Shown here piece by piece: positions 10,408 through 23,029 of a stretch of 64,000 nucleotides of DNA. The position numbers and the translations under genes were made by a program. The stretch's first letter is position 1. Every line of letters begins with the position of its first letter. Source of the stretch: Perkinsela sp. CCAP 1560/9 (lineage: Eukaryota; Protista; Euglenozoa: Kinetoplastea); the NCBI GenBank assembly GCA_965644495.1, contig CBFFSA010000020.1:147001-211000 (forward strand). The letters are read 5' to 3'. Under the pieces are notes generated by a model, which saw only the letters and a program-made list of their open reading frames with translations, ran no database searches and was not told the origin of the DNA.

Positions 10408-13400
10408 ATGGCCCCACCACTTCTATTCTTTAACGCGAGCCAAGTGACTCTATCCTCACCGTTGCCACACGAAACTGTTGCCGTACTGCCCTTCCCCGAT
10501 GATACTTCACCTACCCCATCCACCGCATTAATATTGAATGCATCTAACCATCTTGCTGAGCAGCCGCGGAAGGTTCGGATGGATCTTACCATACAACAAA
10601 AAAACAACCTATGTGCTAGTATAGATGCCGGCAAGTCTGTAAGCGTCGCCGCCCGAGATTACAAGGTCGAGGTAAGCACGGTACATAGAGTTTATCGGAA
10701 AAAAGAAGATTGGCATAAATTTACTCAACTTGGCTTTGGGAAATTGTTTCAGTACCACCCCCCTCGAGCAAATCCAGGCATAAAGGGGCGAGGGAGATAC
10801 GAAGCAACAGATGTAGCAGATTCCCATTGAAAAGAAATCGTATCTCCGTGCACGAGAAATGCCTACCTATGCGCTCGCCTGCTTGGAGTCAACTTCGTGC
10901 AGGGAGATACGAATTCCTTTCAGTGGGAATCTGCTACATCTGTTGCTTCGTATCTGCCTCGCCCCTTTATGCCTGGATTCTACAAAAACAGTTTCGTCGC
11001 ATCAATCAGTAAAATTCATGGGCGTCATGGAAGTAAGAATTGACAAAAAATGTCAATCTTCTTCTCAAAAGTGGCTACTGAAGGCTTCTGAAAAAGTGTC
11101 CAGCTGACCACCCCCAGAAAAAGTGTTCAGCTGGCCACCCCCTGAAAAAGTGTCCAGCTGACCACCCCGTGGAAAAATGGCCAGCTGGCTACCCCCTGGA
11201 AATCTGGCCAACTGGCCACCCCCTGAAAAGTTGACCAGCTGGCCACCCCCTGGAAAAGTGGCCAGCTGACCACCCCCTGGAAAAGTGGCCAGCTGGCCAC
11301 CCCTTTAAAAAGTGGCCAGCTGGCCACCTCCTGGAAAAGTGGCCAGCTGACTACCCCCTGGTAACGTGGCCAGCTGACCACCCCCTGGTAACGTGGCCAG
11401 CTGGCCACCCCCTGGAAAAGTGGCCAGCTGGCCACCCCTTTAAAAAGTGGCCAGCTGGCCACCCCCTGGAAAAGTGGCCAACTGGCCACCCCCGTGAAAA
11501 GGTGGCCACCCCCTGGAAAAGTGGCCAGCTGACCACCCCCTGGAAAAGTGGCCAGCTGACCACCCCCTGGTAACGTGGCCAGCTGGCCACCACCTGGAAA
11601 AGTGGCCAGCTGACCACCCCTTTAAAAAGTGGCCAGCTGGCCACCCCCTGGAAAAGTGGCCAAATGGCCACCCCCTGAAAAGTGACCAACTGGCCACCCC
11701 CTGAAAAGGTGGCCAGCTGGCCACCCCTTGAAAAAGTGGCCAGCTAACCACCCGCTTAAAAAATGGCCAGCTGACCATCCCCTGGAAAAGTGGCCAGCTG
11801 ACCACACCCTGGAAAAGTGGCCAACTGGCCACCCACTGGAAAAGTGGCCAGCTGGCCACCACCTGGAAAAGTGGCCAGCTGACCACACCCTGGAAAAGTG
11901 GCCAACTGGCCACCCACTGGAAAAGTGGCCAGCTGGCCACCACCTGGAAAAGTGGCCAGCTGACCACCCCTGGAAAAAGTGGCCAGCTGACCACCCCCTT
12001 AAAAAGTGGCCAGATGACCACCCCTTTAAAAAGTGGCCAGCTAGCCACCCCCTGGAAAAGTGGCCACCTGGCCACGCCCTGAAAAGGTGGTCAGCTGGCC
12101 GCCCCCTTAAAAAGTGGCTAGCTGGCCGCCCCCTGAAAAAGTGGCCAGCTGAGCACCCCCTGAAAAAGTGGCTAGCTGGCCGCTCACTGAAAAAGTGGCC
12201 AGCTGGCCACCTCCTGGAAAAGCGGCCAGCTGGCCATCCCCTGGAAAAGTGGCCAGCTGACCACCCCCTGGAAAAGTGGCCAGCTGACCACCCCCTGGAA
12301 AAGTGGCCAGCTGGCCACCCCCTGAAAAAGTGACCAGCTGCTCTTTCATGCAGGAGGTGGCCAGCTTGCGACTTTTTTTGGACGTCGCCATTCATCTTGA
12401 GTATATGAAATGCAAACTGTGTTTTTTGGTAGCCAGCTGGCCATTTTTCAAGGAGGTGGCCAGCTGACCATTGTCTCAGGGGGTGGCGAGCTGGCCACTT
12501 TTTGAAGGGCGAGAAAATCATACCTTTTTTTCGTTCATTTGTTATGCCGTCGGCGAGTGAAACGCGTTTCAAAAAGTGGTTCTGGAAGTTAGTTTAGGAG
12601 CTGAAAAATATTCCCCAAACGTTCAAACAGCTGTAGTCTGTTTGTGTGGGGAACATAATCAAGCATCTTCGCGTTTTTTCTGATTTGAAATATCCGTCTC
12701 TGAGCTGAATTCCGAGTCGCATTTTTGGTAAAAGGGCTCTAAAAACTGTTGAGTGTACTCGTTTTTTTTCATTTTTGGAGCATTACAGAGATTGATTGAA
12801 GAAAAATGTCTCTGTTTTTAAAAATTTGAAAAAATCGTTTTTATGCTCGTTTTATGCCCATTTTGGGCTCGCGGAATTAACCTTAGTAAGCGAGTTAGAT
12901 ACTCACCGTATCTCCCTCAATAAAAAATTATATGAAAAAGGGTTGCCGCAACTGCTTTTGCTACGCGAGTCTCTTTCGGCAGTCACGAAACCGACAATGT
13001 TGGGGTACTTTGCTGAAATTTCAGAGCACTTCTGTTCCCTTACCGACAAAGGAAAAGAAAAATTTTGGATTCGTATTTGCACCTTCGCCAATATTTCGCG
13101 ACGGAGTCAACGGAGCAACCCAAATGGTCCCAAAAGACATGGACGAGCGTATAGAAGCCTTTTTGAATATGATAGCTCTGCGAAATTGTGATCGCGTGGA
13201 TACGCTGTAATCGTAACAGGGGACGAGACCTGTGTTGTGTGGGAGCCCGTCAATGAAATCACATACGACACTAAAGGGACAAAGCGCGTAAAGGTTTTAA
13301 CTACAGGGAAGGAGAAGAAGACACTGGCTGCGTGGTTTTGGGGCCTCTCTGTTACGAACCAACGGCATGCAGAAAGCACGTGGGAGCATAAGGTGTTTCC

Positions 13401-14307
13401 TCCGCACTTAATTTGGGAAGCCCATTCAGATTCTGGAAAGGTTTCCAAAGAGGTGCTCCGGGCGGCAGAAAAGTACAATTGTACGGCAACAACGACAACA
13501 AGCGGGTGGAACACAGGAGAGTCATTTAAAAAATGGGCTGAAGCGGAATTCTTTGACAGAATGAAGTATCCTCCGCGGAAAACACTTATTATTTTGGATC
13601 TGTACGCTGCTCATCGGACAGCGGAATTATTATTGTTCTTTCGTGAGAGAGAAATCGATGTTCAATTCGTTCCAGGAGGTTGCACTTCCAAAGGACAGCT
13701 CATGGATATGGCCATCAACCAGCCTTTTAAAAAGTACTACAAGGAATGTTTTGCCTCCTGGCGTGCGTCGACGCATCATGAAATTGTCCGGCCGACGCGA
13801 AGTCTTATAACAAAATTTGCGACTCAGGCTCTGGCAAAAGTGAATTCAGAAGAATACGAAATCGAATTTAATAAGTTGCTTGTTCCAGCACTTTCCAAAA
13901 ATCTCGCACAGATTCCCATAGAATCCAGAGCCGAGCTCAGACTCTCCTCAAGCGTTATCACGGAGTCAATGGTGGATGCATCAGCCATCGCTTCACGCGT
14001 ATCACAACTGAGCATTGTCGAGGAATCTCTTGAACCAAATCAGGTCCCTCGCCTGCCACCGCGCGTTCCTGTAAAAAATCGAATTAGTCCCGCAATCGCA
14101 GCGAAAGCCATGAAGTCCGCCATAGAGTCAGCGCGTAACAGGAACTCAGCGCTTAACGCAACCCCAGTACAGGAGTGTTGTTATTGCACGCGAGCGAATT
14201 TAACTCTACGGGAGTGTAGTGAACCTGGGTGTTTAACGAAATTTCATCACATGTGTGCAATTGAAGAAAAGGGGGAAGAGAATGACAATTTCTGCGCAAA
14301 GCACTAA
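10408..14307 (+). pseudogene. pogo transposase (CENP-B-like HTH, DD35D, C-terminal PHD-like finger) split by a ~2.1-kb insertion
   Basis: LTIQQKNNLC..AARDYKVEVSTV HTH; GDET, ILDLYAAH, VPGGCTSKGQLMD; CCYC..CSEPGC..FHHMC..C. Confidence 0.8.
11066..12500. repeat. 27-bp minisatellite, roughly 45-50 copies, with degenerate edges
   Basis: Unit CCCCCTGGAAAAGTGGCCAGCTGGCCA containing the 14-bp palindrome TGGCCAGCTGGCCA. Confidence 0.95.
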
Positions 14308-17300
14308 CGATGGCCGCAGGTCAGGGCCACTGCATATATTTTCGGCAGTGTTGGGGCTTAGCGCACCTCACCTTCCCCAGCTTTTTACCTCCACAGCACC
14401 GTTTTTAATATTCGTCGTATCTAGGTTTTTCTGTGGTTTTACTTAGTGTCTTGCAAAGACGGGCGATAAGGGTTTTACTGGAGGAACTTGACAACTTAAT
14501 ATTCCCCCCCTTACTTCACCACCCCCCTTACTTCACCACAAAGTATGGGTTTTGGGCCAAAAAGTGGAGGCTAAGTAAGGGGGGGGGTAACGGTATTCGG
14601 GAGCGGAGGGCTTGTAGCACATTCGGGTCACGAGAGCTTTGCATATGGCAAAGAGCTTCCCCGGTGCAAAGGTGCCATAATTGCGATATGTTTGTAAGAT
14701 TCCATCCGCGTGAGGTATATAAGGTTTCACTACTGGTGGCAGAGGCAAAGTTCATCCACTTCTTGATATGGCGGGTAGCTCTTTTTTGTAGGCGGAGTAT
14801 CAATGAATGAGTAAGGCTGGCATGAACAACGAATTGAAAACGCAACTTTGATAGGACGGCGTGTTGGTAGATCCATAGTTTGGATGAGAGGCTGTGTGCA
14901 TTGGCGCTGATTTTTTCGAGCCACGTTATCAGATTTTCGTCCGTTTATTTGAAGAGGATTTTCGACTGCTGGGCCCCTGGAGCAAGAGTCATTCCTAGAA
15001 AGCTGCTACCTTTGTCACATATATGGGGGATGCTGCTCCCGTGAATCAAAATCTTCGGTCTTCGAGTCATATAACCGGGATGGTTTGTGCCCTTCTCCAT
15101 AGACATACACTGTATTGATGTTTGTTACGTCTGCGTCGAAGAAGGAGATCACTCAAGGCTTGGGTGTGCTCAAGAGTCCCGTTAAGCTCCGGAAGAAACC
15201 CTTTCTGTATTGTAGGGTCAATGACACCAGCTTCCAGAAGATGAGTTATAAGTCGGTGCCCGATGATGCTGTGGAACAGTTTTCCGACAGCACTTGTAAG
15301 GGATATTGGTCGCCAATTTTTCGGATTTCCAGTGTCACCTTTCTTGTACGTATGAGTTTCGTTACAGCTGTCTTCCAAGTTTGAGGACAGATTTCATGAC
15401 GTAAGAGATCATTGTACGTTTGCGCCAGTGTTGAGTAGAGGGAAGGGCACCTTTTTAGAATTGCATTTGTGACAGTGTCGCTCCCCGGAGCGCTGCTAGA
15501 TCTTTTCCCTTTCAGAGCTTGGGCGATGTCGTCGCTAGTAATGTCTGCCCATTTCATTTCCACAAGTGCTCGGGGTCCGAGGAAACTGTACTCTGGAAGT
15601 TTGAATTCAGTTTCGGGCGCTGTCAGTACTTTATCAAAATGATCTTGGACATCGGCCAGCTGACACGTCGGGAATTGAGGCGAGGCTTGTGCATCTCGTA
15701 GTTCAGGTCGGCTTAATGTTTCCGCTGCCGCTGTCTATGGATTCCGTGTGAAACTTTCAAGGGCCCACCTTTCTTCCATCTCTTTTCGTTGTAACCGTGA
15801 TTCCTCCTTGTAAATCCTGATCAGTCTACTGCTCTCTTTAATTTGGATCTTTACTTTTTCACGATTAGATTTTCCGTGCGTATAGCGGAGAGATATTTTT
15901 TGGTGTCGAACATCTTTTTCAAGTTCCAGGATATTTCTTTCAAGCGCAAGGGGTCGGCAACGATTTTGAGCATGACCATTGCGAGTGCGTAAGAGAAATC
16001 CTCGTGTTGGGTTGATCTCAGTGGCCAGGTCGTATGCTGATACAGCAAGAGCTGCACATAAGACTTGTGCGTTCTCGAGGGCTTCTGATGGACTCGTAGC
16101 AGGACGCAGTAACTCCGCGCATTTTGCGTATGCATTTTTCTGGACTGTTTCCCATTGGTCATCGCTTAGTTTAACCATTACTTTACCCCCTTCTATTGAA
16201 CGGTGTGTTCGAAACAGCTGCTCCACAGCAATCTGGCGGTTTGAACTTTGTGGAGTGGCATTCTTGTCACCATGAGGGGTTGAAATTGTAGTCGGAGGTA
16301 CGTCTTCGGTTTCTTGAGTCGGAAGGGAAGGAGGTCTAGTGATTTTGCAACATGGGTGTTTGTACTTCATTTTGTCTTTACACTTGTGGTGACATGGGCT
16401 AGATTTAGTTGTCGTAGCTATCTTCCCAGTTTCTGTTTGTCTAATGTTGTGTGGAGATTCTTTCTGGATTACCGTCTGTTGATAGTCCGGGGTATCGATA
16501 GCGTCTTCTTCTTTTTTCAGTGTAATGGAAAGGTGGCGGAGCGCTGGGATGTCTTGCCCACCAAGCCGCTTCCGGATAGCTTTTCCCAGCGAACCCGGTG
16601 ATTTGTATTTGGCGGAGAGCTGCAACACAGGGTCGTTTAGGAGAGTGAACCAGCTTGTATGCCGATGAACGATATCCGGAGTCCCTGTTCTATGTATTTC
16701 GATGTAGTCGCATGCGTTGTTCGATATCAGCTCTGTTATCGTAGCGGCTTCGGCCACAAGGTCGTGAGCTTGAGACTGTTTGGCTAATAGTTTCGTAATT
16801 GCGGCTTCGGCGCCCTGCAGGGATCCTATTCGTTTTCTAACAAGTGCAGATTTGCAGGCTGATTTTACATCGGGAAAGTAATGCCAACAGGATTCGGTAA
16901 TAGCCCGGATTTTAAGGGGGCGTGTCCTGCTTTGAATAAAATGCAGGAGGTCCTGCAGCGCATGCTTATGAGTTTTCTGTGGGTGGCTCGGAGTCATAAA
17001 GGAGAAAACATATAATATAAGAAATCAACAAGGTACAGAAACTGAGGGAGTTGGTCCATCCTTGTTCAGTATACTGGCCAAGGATAGCAACTCCCCATTA
17101 TCTCGGCGTAGCAAACACGCCTTGGCTTGCCTGGCACTGAGATCAGCCAATGGAAAAAAACGCTTTTTTTCGTTAGAGGCCTCCTTTCTCAGCCCAGGGG
17201 CTTCCCACTTAAGGGGCCCGTTCCCATAACCAAGTGATCTCCCCGGCAACACGATTTCATTCGTGCGTCAAGAAGGCTGGGCTATGGGACCAGGGAGCTC

Positions 17301-17966
17301 TAGAACAAGTGCAGCAACTTGTGAGCCTAATTCGTTGGACATGAAATGATAGTGTGATTAAATTAGTTCATAGTAAAATTATTTATAAAAAATAATTACA
17401 TATTCGCTTATTCTGAAAATTGGTAATGCAAACGTTTGAACGGCGGCCATTCTCATGTATTGGTCGCTTTGCTCTTGCATAACTTCCGCATGCCACCTTT
17501 TCTTCATCACCCTTTTCATAGGAATAAATTGTTGTTCGGAGAATGGTTTTTTGGAGAATGTTTTACTGTTACTATTTTGTCAGGGCGCGGAATAACATCT
17601 AAACTGATATTTATACTGATATTTTCTGGGATTTTGTCTCATGTTTTGTCTCATACTTCTCAAGACCATTAGAGCTACACTTTTTCCCCATACTTAAATT
17701 TAGCTTGTATTATTGCAACGCGCGATATTTTGTGCTTACCCATACAGTAATAGTCAACACAATAAGCTTAAAATATGATAATGACTAGTACGGTGATAAT
17801 TTTCTGTATCTCTATTTTAAGAAATTTTATTTATCCGTGCATTTAAAAACAATTCAATGCTGACACACGCGACCCCTTCCCTCACGGCCTTCATCTTAGC
17901 TTCAATCCACCCGAAAAGGGTAGATTGAACCGGTAACCATTCTGTCCAAAGTTCTGCAGGTGTTAA

Positions 17967-19050
17967 TGAGTATCGACGACTACGATAACTGTTTCATTTA
18001 TCAGCGCCTTGATGCGTTGAATGATGATGTCTACTGCATCTTGTGGGCTATACGCTTTTGCAACAGCACGTCCGACAGCGGTATTATCTGTTAAAATAAA
18101 AGCGACGGATGGATTGTGTGCCATCAACTGATTTTTCACAACCCTTTTTCGAAGGCTATAGCCTCGTCCATAGCAATCGGCAGTTCCTCCCCTTGCAAAC
18201 TTTGATATTCAACACCTCTTTCATTTCTAAATACTCCTCTTCGTATGGCAGTAATCTCATCACTCAGAGTGTAAGTAGCCCAACGGGTAGGTGTGGGATC
18301 GACTGTTATGCTCAAAATAGAATCTTTTTATGTGGTATAGATGCGATTTTGCATGGGACCACAAAGGCTTTAATGACAATATCAAATGTTTCATAGAATC
18401 GACAGGACTCTTGATTTCGTCCAATTCCGCGTCCCAGTTGACCATTTTGCCAAGAGAACTCTGAGCTTTCGATGCTCTCCCGAGTCCTATACGGTCCGCT
18501 GCCACTACTGATCCCGCGAAGCGGTAAAAACCTAGGAGGCTAAAGTACGTACGAGGAGTGTATTTCATTGTTGTCCGCACTATTTGATGCCATGGTGGTA
18601 AGGGAGTTCAGCACACGCATATCTAATATCGCCCGAGCCTTTGATTCAGTTTTCAGCACGGCCAAATACTTAGATAGAACAGGTATTGTGCCAGTGGGGT
18701 TGCTTTGAAGTCCTCAAGAGCGCCACACGACGTGAGGTACGCCAAGTGCCGAAACCAACGTTTTCCGAATGTATTAGTTGTGTTCCGATGTATTAGTTGT
18801 GATGGGCAGTGGTTCCTTATTCTGAAGAGGGTCCCTATTCAGAAGGCTAGTCGCGTGCACTGTATAAGGTGTATTGGCTATGGATGTGCCAAGCTCAAAT
18901 CTGCCACCTCCTACGGTTTTTAACTCCGCAAGAGGTATATCGTTGTCCGCTATTCTCCCGCGAACGCCGGCCGTTTCTTTGCTAGAGAACGAAACATGAT
19001 GCAAGACAATACCTGGACCCGAACTACGCGTACTATCTAATTGTGCAAAG
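17967..19050 (-). pseudogene. Decayed DIRS/VIPER-like RT-RNase H remnant (repeated in each unit)
   Basis: Minus-strand fragments VLKTESKARAILDMRVLN (RT), YPLGYLHS, and ILTDNTAVGRAVAKAYS (RNase H). Confidence 0.55.
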
Positions 19051-19092
19051 TCTCTCTTTTTGATTATTGAGCTCTCACGACACGAATTTTAT

Positions 19093-19257
19093 ACCCCCCC
19101 GGAAATTGGTGACCCCCCTGTATAGTTACTATAAACTTTTTTTAAAAACTTTAAAAAGGTTCGGCGAAAGATTTTCGCCAAGTTGATATTTTAGTTAATT
19201 GTTTTTCCGGAAAAAAATCCGATCTTGGTGGACCCTTCCTGTAGATACCGGGGGGTT
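19093..19257. mobile_element. Small MITE-like element (repeated in each unit)
   Basis: Short inverted ends ACCCCCCCGG / CCGGGGGGTT; internal palindromes TATAGTTACTATA and GGCGAAAGATTTTCGCC. Confidence 0.4.
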
Positions 19258-19381
19258 ATTTGTTCACCTTTTCAGTAAGCGGTCGTAGTAAGTAGGTGCC
19301 TCCACAGTCATCCCAGTGTGAAACACAACCTGTAATTGTACTTATTTACACTACTTCAAGGTTAGGTAAACATTGATTATT

Positions 19382-20107
19382 ATGATGTTTTGCTCACTGC
19401 TTTCGGCTGATGTAACGGAACCGTTAAGAAAGGAAGCCCGAAAAGAAACGAACTCTTCTGACACGACGCTTTCCACAAGTAGTTCTAATGTGACTGGAAA
19501 ATCTCGTCCATCCAAAGTCAGTGCCGTATCGTTACCCGTGGAGTACGATTTGATGAGACTCGTAGAAAACCCTCCACGCTCATGGTCCACCGATACTCCG
19601 GGATGTAGATGGGATGGGGTCAGATGTAACGACAAGGGCGACGTGATTTGGATGAACTGGAGTGGCAGGATGGGCGAGGACAGTAGCAAGAAACTGCAAG
19701 GTCAGTTCAATGTAAAATATTTGCCGTACGAACTGAAACATTTACGCCTAACGGGAAATTCTCTGTCGGGTGAGTTTCCGTTCGATCAGTTGCCTCCGAA
19801 ATTGGAAGACATTGACATATCGAGGAACCAGTTCACGGGTACTCCAGATTTTCGTCATTTGCCACCCTTTCTAGTCTATCTTAATATGTCCGACAATAGA
19901 TTTCATGGTCATATTGAATTTGATTTCGTGCACGAAAACTTGCGTCAAATGAGCTTAGCTTTTAATGCAGAACTTGAAGGCTTCCTAAAAATCAGAGACG
20001 AGATAAAGAATCTGTATTATACTGTAGCACGAACAAAGATTACAGTAAGCAATGGTGTGATGGTCCTAAATCGACCGATCGGGAGCGTTTGTGGAATATG
20101 TGGATGA
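19382..20107 (+). CDS. Leucine-rich repeat protein, array copy 1
   Basis: N-cap CRWDGVRC and LPxxLxxLxLxxNxLSG repeats; first ATG at 19382. Confidence 0.88.
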   Translation: MMFCSLLSADVTEPLRKEARKETNSSDTTLSTSSSNVTGKSRPSKVSAVSLPVEYDLMRLVENPPRSWSTDTPGCRWDGVRCNDKGDVIWMNWSGRMGEDSSKKLQGQFNVKYLPYELKHLRLTGNSLSGEFPFDQLPPKLEDIDISRNQFTGTPDFRHLPPFLVYLNMSDNRFHGHIEFDFVHENLRQMSLAFNAELEGFLKIRDEIKNLYYTVARTKITVSNGVMVLNRPIGSVCGICG

Positions 20108-22303
20108 AGGTACGTTGATATCTACAGTGGGGAATAGGCACGGAAAACGTCAGCATACAAAAAATACTTCAACGGTTGCAAAGATATAATACATTGTGTT
20201 AGATGGGCCTATTTGAACAATAAATAGCGTTATAATAGGCGCAATAATGCTTCACTTTGACCATAAAATAATAATATAGTGTTAGTTTGAATATTATCTT
20301 GTTATTTATAAAAAATAATTACATATTCGCTTATTCTGAAAATTGGTAATGTAAACGTTTGAACGGCGGCCATTCTCATGTATTGGTCGCTTTGCTCTTG
20401 CATAACTTCCGCATGCCACCTTTTCTTCATCACGCTTTTCAGAGGAATAAATTATTGTTCGGAGAATATTTTTTTCGGAGAATGGTTTACTGTTACTATT
20501 TTGTCAGGGCGCGGAATAACATCTAAACTGATATTTATACGGATATTTTCTTGGATTTTTCCATGTTTTGTCTCATACTTCTCAAGACCATTAGAGCTAC
20601 ACTTTTTCCCCATACTTAAATTTAGCTTGTATTATTGCAACGCGCGATATTTTGTGCTTACCCATACAGTAATAGTCAACACAATAAGCTTAAAATATGA
20701 TAATGACTAGTACAGTGATTATTTTCTGTATCTTTATTTTAAGAAATTTTATTTATCCGTGCATTTAAAAACAATTCAATGCTGACACACGCGACCCCTT
20801 CCCTCACGGCCTTCATCTTAGCTTCAATCCACCCGAAAAGGGTAGATTGAACCGGTAACCATTCTGTCCAAAGTTCTGCAGGTGTCAATGAGTATCGACG
20901 ACTACGATAACTGTTTCATTTATCAGCGCCTTGATGCGTTGAATGATGATGTCTACTGCATCTTGTGGGCTATACGCTTTTGCAACAGCACGTCCGACAG
21001 CGGTATTATCTGTTAAAATAAAAGCGACGGATGGATTGTGTGCCATCAACTGATTTTTCACAACCCTTTTTCGAAGGCTATAGCCTCGTCCATAGCAATC
21101 GGAAGTTCCTCCCCTTGCAAACTTTGATATTCAACACCTCTTTCATTTCTAAATACTCCTCTTCGTAAGGCAGTAATCTCATCACTCAGAGTGTAAGTAG
21201 CCCAACGGGTAGGTGTGGGATCGACTGTTATGCTCAAAATAGAATCTTTTTATGTGGTATAGATGCGATTTTGCATGGGACCACAAAGGCTTTAATGACA
21301 ATATCAAATGTTTCATAGAATCGACAGGACTCTTGATTTCGTCCAATTCCGCGTCCCAGTTGACCATTTTGCCAAGAGAACTCTGAGCTTTCGATGCTCT
21401 CCCGAGTCCTATACGGTCCGCTGCCACTACTGATCCCGCGAAGCGGTAAAAACCTAGGAGGCTAAAGTACGTACGAGGAGTGTATTTCATTGTTGTCCGC
21501 ACTATTTGATGCCATGGTGGTAAGGGAGTTCAGCACACGCATATCTAATATCGCCCGAGCCTTTGATTCAGTTTTCAGCACGGCCAAATACTTAGATAGA
21601 ACAGGTATTGTGCCAGTGGGGTTGCTTTGAAGTCCTCAAGAGCGCCACACGACGTGAGGTACGCCAAGTGCCGAAACCAACGTTTTCCGAATGTATTAGT
21701 TGTGTTCCGATGTATTAGTTGTGATGGGCAGTGGTTCCTTATTCTGAAGAGGGTCCCTATTCAGAAGGCTAGTCGCGTGCACTGTATAAGGTGTATTGGC
21801 TATGGATGTGCCAAGCTCAAATCTGCCACCTCCTACGGTTTTTAACTCCGCAAGAGGTATATCGTTGTCCGCTATTCTCCCGCGAACGCCGGCCGTTTCT
21901 TTGCTAGAGAACGAAACATGATGCAAGACAATACCTGGACCCGAACTACGCGTACTATCTAATTGTGCAAAGTCTCTCTTTTTGATTATTGAGCTCTCAC
22001 GACACGAATTTTATACCCCCCCGGAAATTGGTGACCCCCCTGTATAGTTACTATAAACTTTTTTTAAAAACTTTAAAAAGGTTCGGCGAAAGATTTTCGC
22101 CAAGTTGATATTTTAGTTAATTGTTTTTCCGGAAAAAAATCCGATCTTGGTGGACCCTTCCTGTAGATACCGGGGGGTTATTTGTTCACCTTTTCAGTAA
22201 GCGGTCGTAGTAAGTAGGTGCCTCCACAGTCATCCCAGTGTGAAACACAACCTGTAATTGTACTTATTTACACTACTTCAAGGTTAGGTAAACATTGATT
22301 ATT

Positions 22304-23029
22304 ATGATGTTTTGCTCACTGCTTTCGGCTGATGTAACGGAACCGTTAAGAAAGGAAGCCCGAAAAGAAACGAACTCTTCTGACACGACGCTTTCCACAA
22401 GTAGTTCTAATGTGACTGGAAAATCTCGTCCATCCAAAGTCAGTGCCGTATCGTTACCCGTGGAGTACGATTTGATGAGACTCGTAGAAAACCCTCCACG
22501 CTCATGGTCCACCGATACTCCGGGATGTAGATGGGATGGGGTCAGATGTAACGACAAGGGCGACGTGATTTGGATGAACTGGAGTGGCAGGATGGGCGAG
22601 GACAGTAGCAAGAAACTGCAAGGTCAGTTCAATGTAAAATATTTGCCGTACGAACTGAAACATTTACGCCTAACGGGAAATTCTCTGTCGGGTGAGTTTC
22701 CGTTCGATCAGTTGCCTCCGAAATTGGAAGACATTGACATATCGAGGAACCAGTTCACGGGTACTCCAGATTTTCGTCATTTGCCACCCTTTCTAGTCTA
22801 TCTTAATATGTCCGACAATAGATTTCATGGTCATATTGAATTTGATTTCGTGCACGAAAACTTGCGTCAAATGAGCTTAGCTTTTAATGCAGAACTTGAA
22901 GGCTTCCTAAAAATCAGAGACGAGATAAAGAATCTGTATTATACTGTAGCACGAACAAAGATTACAGTAAGCAATGGTGTGATGGTCCTAAATCGACCGA
23001 TCGGGAGCGTTTGTGGAATATGTGGATGA
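22304..23029 (+). CDS. Leucine-rich repeat protein, array copy 2
   Basis: Same translation as copy 1. Confidence 0.88.
   Translation: MMFCSLLSADVTEPLRKEARKETNSSDTTLSTSSSNVTGKSRPSKVSAVSLPVEYDLMRLVENPPRSWSTDTPGCRWDGVRCNDKGDVIWMNWSGRMGEDSSKKLQGQFNVKYLPYELKHLRLTGNSLSGEFPFDQLPPKLEDIDISRNQFTGTPDFRHLPPFLVYLNMSDNRFHGHIEFDFVHENLRQMSLAFNAELEGFLKIRDEIKNLYYTVARTKITVSNGVMVLNRPIGSVCGICG

Larger units (their letters stand above)
10239..14593 (+). mobile_element. pogo-family (Tc1/mariner superfamily) DNA transposon
   Basis: TIRs CCGTTAC(n)TTACTT / AAGTAAG(n)TAACGG; TA duplication at 10237-10238 and 14594-14595; subterminal CCCCTTACTTCACCAC repeats. Confidence 0.9.
9255..17044 (-). mobile_element. Degenerate SL-headed RLE-type (HERO/NeSL-like) LINE interrupted by a pogo element
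   Basis: SL remnant at 17026-17044, ATG at 16997, NWRPISL/QKGF, RT core deleted near 15100, CCHC, RPDG, IIELTVPWEEN. Removing 10239-14593 plus one TA restores ALRSRI-DEEK. The 3' boundary is approximate. Confidence 0.85.

Noticed and set aside
11066-12572. Minisatellite as a CRISPR array, or its long ORFs (KWPAGHPLE)n as proteins
   Set aside because: There are no unique spacers or cas genes. Open frames on both strands follow simply from a 27-bp unit lacking stops.
20378-20710. Recurrent short hydrophobic ORFs in the 2922-bp unit, and antisense ORFs over LINE and LRR genes
   Set aside because: The frames are not conserved between diverged copies of the repeat and carry no domain motifs; they are shadows of repeats or of real genes.
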